From Folioceros fuciformis (taxonomy: Eukaryota), in assembly GCA_049999805.1 (NCBI GenBank), contig JBNGIO010006382.1, positions 220,234 through 284,233 of the forward strand: a DNA stretch of 64,000 nt, in the 5' to 3' direction. The position numbers were made by a program, and so were the translations under genes. The notes under the pieces are model-generated. The model searched no databases. It was not told the DNA's origin and saw nothing but the letters and a program-made list of their open reading frames with translations. This document shows, one piece after another, positions 38,034 through 46,858 of this stretch (position 1 is the stretch's first letter; each line of letters starts with the position of its first letter).

Positions 38034-39453
38034 TTACAGCGCTTTCTTCGATTGTTTCGCCGGTGCCAATCTCTCAATGGGGTCCCTCAGAGTGCCAAAC
38101 ATCCAATCCATCCAGATTGTGTAGTGACCGTAATTGTGCCTGTAGGTAGTGTGATGGATGGTGTGATAGCCTGCACCCATGACTCCCCACACCTGCCCAT
38201 CGATACAGTCGTGGATATTGGTTGTCCACACTCCTTCCAGAAACATCAAAAGCTCGTGCGTGAAGAGATGCGTGGGAATCATGAAGAGTGCAACCACATG
38301 TGGAGCCGCCTGTAATATGCCATCCAGAGGATGAAATGCCAAGCCTGTTCACAGGGATCCAATACTCACAGATGAGGCCTAACAGGTTGCATCCGGAGCT
38401 GACGGGGTGAGTGAAGTTGCAAACGGCAACACATACCTGCAAAGGGAGAAAGTGTGTTCTGCTTGTTGTAAATGTGGTGAGTCGCGTGTAAGCTTTTGTA
38501 CAGAGGCTTGATGTCATGCAACAGTCTGTGCATCCAATAAATTCCGAACTCTATGAAGATCAAGTACGCGGCGCACAAGGCAGCGTATCTGAGCACACCA
38601 ACTTCCTCCACCCGGGCATAGCATCGTGTCCAGCCCTGTTCGATCATGTACTCTGACAATGTAGGCAAACCACTATACATTGGCATGGCCTGCATTGTGA
38701 CATAAATCTGAAGGAGAACAGGCTCCTTCGATGGTATCCCACCTGCACAAAAGACAAGAAACACTTTGCTGCCATTAATCATGCAGCAAAAAACAGCAAA
38801 ACCTCCAACAACTCAGGCCCCTCCTTCCCATTCCAAAAAACCTAATATCCGAAGCCCAAGGCAGGCTATCGAATACTACGGAACACAAAACCTGACCAAA
38901 ACGACGCACACCCAGAGTCTCCTTGCCACATCCGCCACCAACCCCAGCATTCCCGACGCCGGCACACAGGAACCAAATTCTGCAGAAATGCAACCGACTC
39001 ACCAGCGGGGAAATACACATCCCCCTTCAGGTAATAGACGTAGAGGCACCACAACCCGCCAGTTGCGAAGTAGACGAACAAGCCAGCAACGTAATTCCGC
39101 AGCCAAGACTCGAGCACATGAGGCAACGCCTGGCGCCATCTGGCGGGCAACCACGGTCCCAGAACCAGATCATTGTACCACTGCGTCTCCTCCAAGAACA
39201 GAGCCAGATACTCCCTACTCCCCTTCTTCTGGACCCTCCCAAGCCCGCTCAGCAGCGGATCTTGCGAGGGCAATGTCGAATTTAACCCTCCCAGCCCCAC
39301 CGGATGATGATGGTCCGAGTTCCTTGCCTGCGGCGCCGGGCTCGGCCGAGCGCTCTCCTCCACATTCTCACAAGCCACACCCAGCTTAGACACGGTAGTT
39401 GTGATGAGCCACAGCAGCGGCAGGGTTTGCGCAAAGCGCAGCAGATCCGCCAT
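38034..39453 (-). CDS. DWF7: Delta7-sterol C5(6)-desaturase. Exons 39453-39003, 38742-38437, 38344-38034
   Basis: EETQWYN, WLRNY, His boxes [47 protein letters not shown] and [16 protein letters not shown]. Confidence 0.95.
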
Positions 39454-39665
39454 GCCCGTCCGCAGCCTGGCCGCCTGTCTGCACTGCTGCCTGTGTGTCT
39501 CTTCCCTGATGTGGAATTCCAACGGTCACACTCGCAGCTCGCCCATCACACCCTTCGCTCGGATGGACACGGGTGATACGTGCTTATTCACGTAATGCTT
39601 TCCTGGGACCACATAGCACCCCCGCTTATCTTCCTCCTTCCATTCCACCTCCTCTATTACACAAA

Positions 39666-40930
39666 TACATACGTACATACACTTTGGTATGTATGTATGT
39701 GATAAAGCATAGCTTACACTGAATTGCCACCTAGCGGGTTAGGGCGGGCTTCAATTTTTTAAGGGTGCGCAATGATGGAATTAATGGCTCCTTAGATGCT
39801 AAGGAGTTTAGGGCTTCAATTTTTTAAGGTTGCTCAATGATGGAATTGACGGCTCCTTAGATGCTAAGGAGTTGTTTAATGTACTCTGCCACCAAGTTGC
39901 AGCTGCCACCAAGTTGTAGCCAATAGGAAGAACTGTGTCCCATGATGCACTCCTTGTGCAACACTTGGTTCTTGGGATCTGTACCTCCATGATAGCTTGT
40001 CTTAACTTCTCCTCTTCTTATACCTAGAACAGTTTGGTGGTCCTTCACTTTTAAGCTTGCATCCCCTCCACCTCATGTTGATCCCTTAGCCCTCTCCTTT
40101 GTTGACTCCTTTTACCCTGGTGCCTTTGGGAAAACTTCCTAGTGCTAGATGGCTCAGCAAGTGAGTTTGCCCACATACTCTTTTGAAATCTATTCTGGTT
40201 GGAGGAGATGCTCCTATNNNNNNNNNNCCACATACTCTTTTGAAATCTATTCTGGTTGGAGGAGATGCTCCTATCTTAGTTTTTGGGTGTTCTGACTAGA
40301 TGATTGCTTTGCTCCTGTCTTAGTTTTTGGGTGTTGGATTTTCTGACCAGGTGATTGTTTCGTTGACCATGGAAATTTGTCCACTTCGAAATGTATTAGC
40401 AAATAACATGGACATGTTAGGACTTGGTTTTTGGTTTTTGGTTTTCACTGCTTAGGTGCCATGGATCTTCCATTCCAGCCAGAAATCCATGCCAATGATG
40501 TCCCTTTTGGAGTTGATGTCCCTTTTGGAGTTGATGAAGGGGGGATAGAGGGGCTGCCCCACCGGTAGCTCGCCCTGAGTGTGTTCAGCAAGCCAGGATG
40601 TCCACTTGCTTGGTGTGCTTGGGACATTCCTGCTAATTGTTCTAATGTGATGCATTGATTCGTGTATTGCTGATAACTTGATGATGAGCAAGACAATTAA
40701 CAGAGCTATGACAAGATCTCTGGGCTGAATTTTTTTATATTGGGTGAGTGCCTGTAACCACACCAAGCCCATGTTTGTAACTCCATGAGTGTGAATTATA
40801 GCTTTATGAGTGCTCTAATACTAGCACTCTACGTGATCCAAGGTCTCCCTCTCACCTCATACATAAGCCAAGGTTAATGAGTGTGTGAGGCAATTGGCAA
40901 GCCATGATGGCTTGTATATATACACATACA
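39666..40930 (+). repeat. Direct repeat copy 1 (~1.25 kb; includes a small gap with an artefactual duplication)
   Basis: Colinear with 45069-46317 from ACTTTGGTATGTATGTATGTGATAAAGCATA to CATGATGGCTTGTATATA. Confidence 0.92.
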
Positions 40931-42672
40931 AGTATGTCTTGTGGTCAATCTGGCACCTGATCAGCTTACCACTCATCCCTTCGGTTTATTTCTCACTTGA
41001 ATTATTGGAGTGTGGCAAGATGAGACCGTTTGGGATATGGATCTGATGGCATTGGGCTACCCTGGAAATTCTGGTGGAATTGTTCCCTCCCCAGCAGTGC
41101 AAGCTATCATTACTGCAGTGGATGATCCCGCTTTCCATCAAACCGTGATCCGTCATGATAAAGAAGCAATGCAAGATTTGTACGATCGATGGTACTCCAT
41201 CTCAATTGATGGATGTACTTGCACTTGATGATTGGGTAAAGCTGGCTTGTGCCTTTGCTGAGGATTCTAACGTGGGGATGGAGAAACTTCTCAAGGAGTG
41301 CAACGTGGGGATGGAGAAACTTCTCAAGGTGCACTCCTTGCTTCCTAAGTTTCTGGAATCAGATGAACAAAAAACTGAGGAACTTGATGGTCTACGTGCT
41401 ATAATAGCTAAGGCACTAAACATGTCCATGACTGACCGCACCCCGGCACCATGCTTCAAAGATGATGGCTTCTACTACCCTTTAGCTTCCAAGAAAGGCT
41501 CTACTACCACCAGAATGAAAGAACAGCGATGCAAGAACAATGTCCCATTCCTATCATTGCTCCACGGGATCTAGAAGCCGAGCTTGCAAAATGGAACCAC
41601 AAAATGTGGGTGGCTTCAAACTTAAGCTTTCTTGCTCCTATCAGCATATGAACTTGGCATCTGTTTGGCAATCTTTCTGACAGGGATGTAGACGCTTGCA
41701 TGGAACGTGCACTTTCTGGAAATATTCTACTTGCCAACAGCATCAGGGTGGCTGCAAGCCCCCGTATCACACAGTTTGATATACCCTGTAAGTATAATCA
41801 AACAATTGCTGTGAGATCTAAAGGCATGATGCAAACTGGCAATTTCAGGAGAGAAGGCACTCATGGACGCACCTTGTGGAATTGGAACCGGCCATTTGCA
41901 AAATGCATCTGTACATAGGCTTGTGTTCCTGAAAATGTCCCAACTGATGCCGCAAAATGCGACCCTGGGGTGTTTGTGGTTTGATCACATGATTTGGTTT
42001 AAGGCTAACCATCTCAACATTTTCTTCCCAGATGTCTCCATCTCTGAGCATGCGATGTAGTGCCTTTTTGGTCTTCCTCTTCTTGCAGGCAAATAGAGAA
42101 CTGATTAAAGCCCAGGTCTCATTCATATTTATCCATGAATGGATGATTAAAGCCAGGAAGCAACTCGCTAGGGATCCAACTCAATCCTTACTTGCTGACA
42201 TGGGCAACATGGCTGGGCCGTTATACATTGAAAAGCTGTTGAAACCAGCAGCCTTCACAGAGGCCAGCAATCAAAAGGATCACGTACTCAACTTCCGCCC
42301 TAAACCCTGCTTTAATAGATCAAGGGATGCCATGGGAATGGAACAAGTTTGAGTTGCCCGTCGACGTGGAAGTTGCAGGCTGCAATTGACACTATACCGG
42401 GGCGGTGCGAGAGGGTTCTTCACCCCTAGCAGACCACCAAGAGTTCCACCTCTCGACTCACCGGATACTTCGCGTCGTCGTCCCCTAGCACTTCCGTTGG
42501 CTCTGGTCCCTCTTCAAGAACCACTGCATCTGGTGGCACGTCTGGCTCAATTACGCAAGAGACTGTGTCTTCCAACAGAATTGTGTCTCGATATGATCCT
42601 GCTTTTGGAAGACCAGACTTATCTACTGAGTGGTAATGGATGATACAGTAGCTGAATGTCCATTTTTCTTAT

Positions 42673-44960
42673 GTGTTGGTCTGGACAGACTCTTTGGATG
42701 CGCCCTCGAATGGAACCTCTCGCAGTGTGCAAATTGATGCATTGGGACGTTGCTATTTGTTAACCCAAAAGGAGACCTCAGTTCTTGGTTTTGTCCATCT
42801 ACTATATGCTAACAAAGCCTTTGAATGGATCTCTCCCCGTAATCTTTTCAGATCTGTTTTGGAAGATTGTGAGGAAGAAGTGTTAGTGGATTTTGATCTG
42901 ATTGTCTTTGGCTGGAAATACATGGAGAACATCTCTAAGACTCTGTACTATCCCAAGGATGTCTTCACGGGCTTTGATGTTTCTAACCATGCAAGTATAC
43001 CAAACGGCTTCTCCCTTTTATAGATCAAGCCATAGCTTCGTCAAGGGATCCCTCCTCTCTACATGTCCGGACTATGTGCTTGGATATCCTACGACATCCT
43101 CATCTACGCACTTGTGTTAGCAAAGGTCTAAACCACATCCCACTCCACCCTTACCAGAATACAACCAGTAGTAGATGCCCTTGGTATTGCCTTTGTAAAA
43201 GTCATTGAGATTCTTCAAAAATGTGGACACTACTTCCAAACTGAGTGGATTGATCATTGCAAAACTCAGCTAACAGAATTGTGTTGGTTCCATCTGAAAA
43301 CTGCTGTCAAACGCAATAAGAGACGGCAGCTGCACCAAAGGCATGTCCTTGAAGAACCTTCTGTCAATGATGAAATTTCCTGGTTATTGCAGCACCTGTA
43401 TGTCTCTGGCCTTGACAAAGCTACTCACACTACTTTTTTCATCTGCAAGAGACACATAAGGCAACAAGCATTGGTAAGGCTGTCCAGTCTGGATTTTAAA
43501 GCCCTCTCTATGTCTCCACAGCTTGCTTAGGATTGATCCAACAAGAGATTTCTCTTCTTCTTCCAGAACGAGAGAATGATATGGAGTTGGGCCTCCCATA
43601 CCTAATGGCCACCTTCAAACAACACAAGCTGAAATATAGATGGCTGACCAATGATCATAACTGTTGCTTCTCTGTTGTAGCTGATTTATTAACTATGGCC
43701 AAAAAAGCTATGTTCCCCATTTTGAAAGAATGGGCTGCAATCCTACAAGACACGTACTACAGGTTCTTTAAGGTACGTACTTCCTTGTATTGGATTACAT
43801 ACTTAACTTTAGAAGTGGCTTTAAACCTACCAAACAAGGTGCATGACCTATTTGTGGCAGATATTGCACGTTGCTATGAGGCAATCCCTACTCGTGGGGA
43901 AGATGCACTCAAAACTGCTATTTTGGCTAACATTGGCTTGGCTTTTAAGCAAGTGAACAAGACACGTACAGCACAGCAGCAACTATTTCTGCATGTTCGT
44001 TTTGATCACAGCTCTTCTCAATTCACACATGCGTCTTGGGCAAGTAAGGCCCCAAGCGGCTCCAATTCTTTCTACCTGTCTTTCACATCAGAGAGGTTGA
44101 GTGCTATCTACTGCTGGCTTATGCAACATTGCTATGTCCAGTTTGGTAATATTGTATGGCTGCAACAACTGGGAATACCGATGGGGTTCTCATGCTCCCC
44201 CCAATGGTGTAATCTATATTTTTTTCACTATGAAGCACAATTTATTCGTAGATTAGCTAGGCTTAGAAGACCTGACCTTATGGCCCTGTTTGAACATGCT
44301 CACATTTATATGGATGACATGTGCTGGTTTAACACCAAAATCCCCAACAAATTCTTGGACCCGGCTACACCAAGGACCCCAGATTCACCATTCTGGATTT
44401 ACCCTTTGGATATAGTGGCTATTGAACCCAAGATTGAAAAGTTTGGAGAGGATTTGGAAGGTAACTAGATCGGGGTTGCTGCTCACTTCTTATCTTTTCA
44501 GTTTACTATCAAAGATCCTCTATGTGGACAGTTTTCTTACACCAAGTACGACAAAAGAAGAGCACTCCCCTTCCAATTTGCGCAGTTCATTCACTTGGAG
44601 TCCAACAGATCTGTCTCCCAAGCATACAAGGTTATTGTTTCACAAGTTTTTCCTCTGCTATACATCTGTTCCATAGCTGAGGCTGCTGTACATGAGATTT
44701 TGCTACTGGTCCACACCTTTGTGGCTAATGGCTTCNNNNNNNNNNTACATGAGATTTTGCTACTGGTCCACACCTTTGTGGCTAATGGCTTCCAAGAAGC
44801 AAGGCTGTTTAAAATTATTACCAGGTTTTTGGAACAAATCTCTTTCCCTAGGCTTAGAGTGGTCAAGGAGGACATTCTCGTAATGCTTGTTTCTCCAACG
44901 TCTTCCACTCTTCCAAGCCCAAGTTGTGGTATTCCCACCCACACTAGCTCCTCACCATAA
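42673..44960 (+). pseudogene. Penelope-like reverse transcriptase, Chlamys/Naiad-type (frameshifts and stops)
   Basis: YANKAFEWI; HVRTMCLDIL..PHLRTCVSKGLNH; LDKATHTTFFICK; LPYLMATFKQHK..YRWL; ADIARCYEAIP; QQLGIPMGFSCSPQWCNLY; YMDD. After an in-frame TAG (44466): HFLS...KYDKRRALPF..QFIHLESN...AYKVIVSQV. Confidence 0.85.
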
Positions 44961-45068
44961 GTTTCTCCTAGTGCTAAAAAACATCCTGGTGCTGTGATGT
45001 GCATCCTGCTAAGGGCTATACACATTGCAGTCACCTTAGTATTTCAAGCACATCGGGTTGGTGGAGGG

Positions 45069-46317
45069 TACATACATACATACATACATACACTTTGGTA
45101 TGTATGTATGTGATAAAGCATATGTAGCGGGTTAGGGCTTTAATTTTTTTAAGGGTGCGCAATGATGGAATTAACGGCTCCTTAGATGCTAAGGAGGTTA
45201 GGGCTTCAATTTTTAAGTTTGAGCAATGATGGAATTGACGGCTCCTTAGATGCTAAGGAGTTGTCAACGTACTCTGCCACCAAGTTGAGCTCTGCCACCA
45301 AGTTGTAGCTAGTAGAAAGAACTGTGTCCCATGATGCACTCCTTATGCAATACTTGGTTCTTCTTATGCAATACTTGGTTCTTGGGATCTGTACCTCCAT
45401 GATAGCTTGTCTTAACTTCTCTTCTTATACCTAGAACAGTTTGGTGGTCCTTCACTCTTAGCTTGCATCCCCTCCCCCTCCTGTTGATCCCTTAGCCCTC
45501 TCCTTCGTTGACTCCTTGTCACCTTGGTGCCTTTGGGAAGACTGCCTACTGCTAGATGGCTTAGCAAATGAGTTTGCCCACATATTCTTTTGAAATCTAT
45601 TCTGGTTGGAGGAGATGCTCCTATCTTAGTTTTTGGGTGTTCTGACCAGATGATTGCTTTGCTCCTGTCTTAGTTTTTGGGTGTTGGATTTTCTGACCAG
45701 GTGATTGCTTCGCTGACCAAGGAGATCTGTCCACTTGGAAATGTATTAGCAAATAACATGAACATGTTAGGACTTGGTTTCTAGTTTTTGGTTTCACTAC
45801 TGCTCAGGTGCCATGGATCCTCCATTCCGGCCAGAAATCCATGCCAATGATGTCCCTTTTGGTGCTGATGAAGAGGGGATAGAGGGGCTGTGTGTACAGC
45901 AAGCCAGGATGTCCACTTGCTTGGTGTGCTTGGGACATTCCTGCTAATTGTTCTAATGTGATGCTAATTGTTCTAATTTGATGCATTGATTCGTGTACTG
46001 CTGATAACTTGATGATGAGCAAGACAATTACCAGTGCTATGACAAGATCTCCGCGCTGAATTTTTGATATTGGGTGAGTTTTGATATTGGGTGAGTGCCT
46101 GTAGCCATACCAAGCCCATGTTTGTAACTCCATGAGTGTGAATTATAGCTTTATGAGTGCTCCGATACTAGCACTCTACGTGATCCAAGGTCTCTCTCTC
46201 TCTCTCACCTCATACATAAGCCAAGGTTAATGAGTGTGTGAGTCCTCATAAGAGGCAATTGACAAGTCATGATGGCTTGTATATACATACATACATACAT
46301 ACATACATACATACATA
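45069..46317 (+). repeat. Direct repeat copy 2, ending in a (TACA)n tract
   Basis: See copy 1. (TACA)n at 45069-45091 and 46284-46317. Confidence 0.92.
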
Positions 46318-46366
46318 GAGACTCCTCTCTCTCTTGTCGCACTCGGCGACTGGGTCGTGCGATTTT

Positions 46367-46508
46367 CACTTCCTCCCCCACCAACTAACTATACACACCC
46401 AAACCAAAAAAATCGCACTTCCTCTCCCACCAACTAACTGTACACACCCAAACCAAAAAAGTCGCACTTCCTCCCCCACCAACTAACTATACACACCCAA
46501 ACCAAACC
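46367..46508. repeat. 49-bp tandem repeat, ~3 copies
   Basis: CACTTCCTCCCCCACCAACTAACTATACACACCCAAACCAAAAAAATCG starts at 46367, 46416 and 46465. Confidence 0.9.
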
Positions 46509-46858
46509 ATCTCTGCCTTTGCCAAATCCCACAAAACAAGCCTGAATAATTATAATTATTATAATCATAAAACCAAAACTAATAGTTGAAACTTCGCATT
46601 CGGAGGACAGGAGTTTGTTCTTGCTCATTTTCTTCTTCAAGACCTTATAGAAGTGAAGTTGCCTGCCAAGTGTTTTGTCCTTCCTTGGCACTTATAAGTA
46701 AGTGTTTTGATGGTAGAGGAGGATCTAATTTTATGCTTTCTTAAAACAGTCCAACTAATGTATAACTAAATTAACTTCTTACAAATGAAATACTAAATAA
46801 AATAAAGCTTTTCCTTTTTCTAAGGAATCAAAGTTTTAAAGATCCATCTTTTGTGCTG

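Larger units (their letters stand above)
39666..46317 (+). mobile_element. Penelope-like retroelement unit: RT region flanked by ~1.25-kb direct repeats (pseudo-LTR-like), with (TACA)n at every junction
   Basis: Direct repeats at 39666-40930 and 45069-46317; PLE-type RT at 42673-44960; no gag, protease, integrase, RNase H, PBS or TG...CA termini recognised. Confidence 0.8.

Noticed and set aside
40452-40772. Minus-strand ORFs inside the direct repeats (also 45804-46133)
   Set aside because: Indels between the two copies shift the frames, so there is no sign of coding constraint.
45860-45900. CTGATGA as a possible hammerhead ribozyme core
   Set aside because: No stem II or GAAA follows, and the other repeat copy has TTGATGA.
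39666-46317. Interpretation as an LTR retrotransposon or DIRS element
   Set aside because: No TG...CA termini, PBS, PPT, gag, protease, integrase, RNase H or tyrosine recombinase recognised, and the RT motifs are PLE-type.
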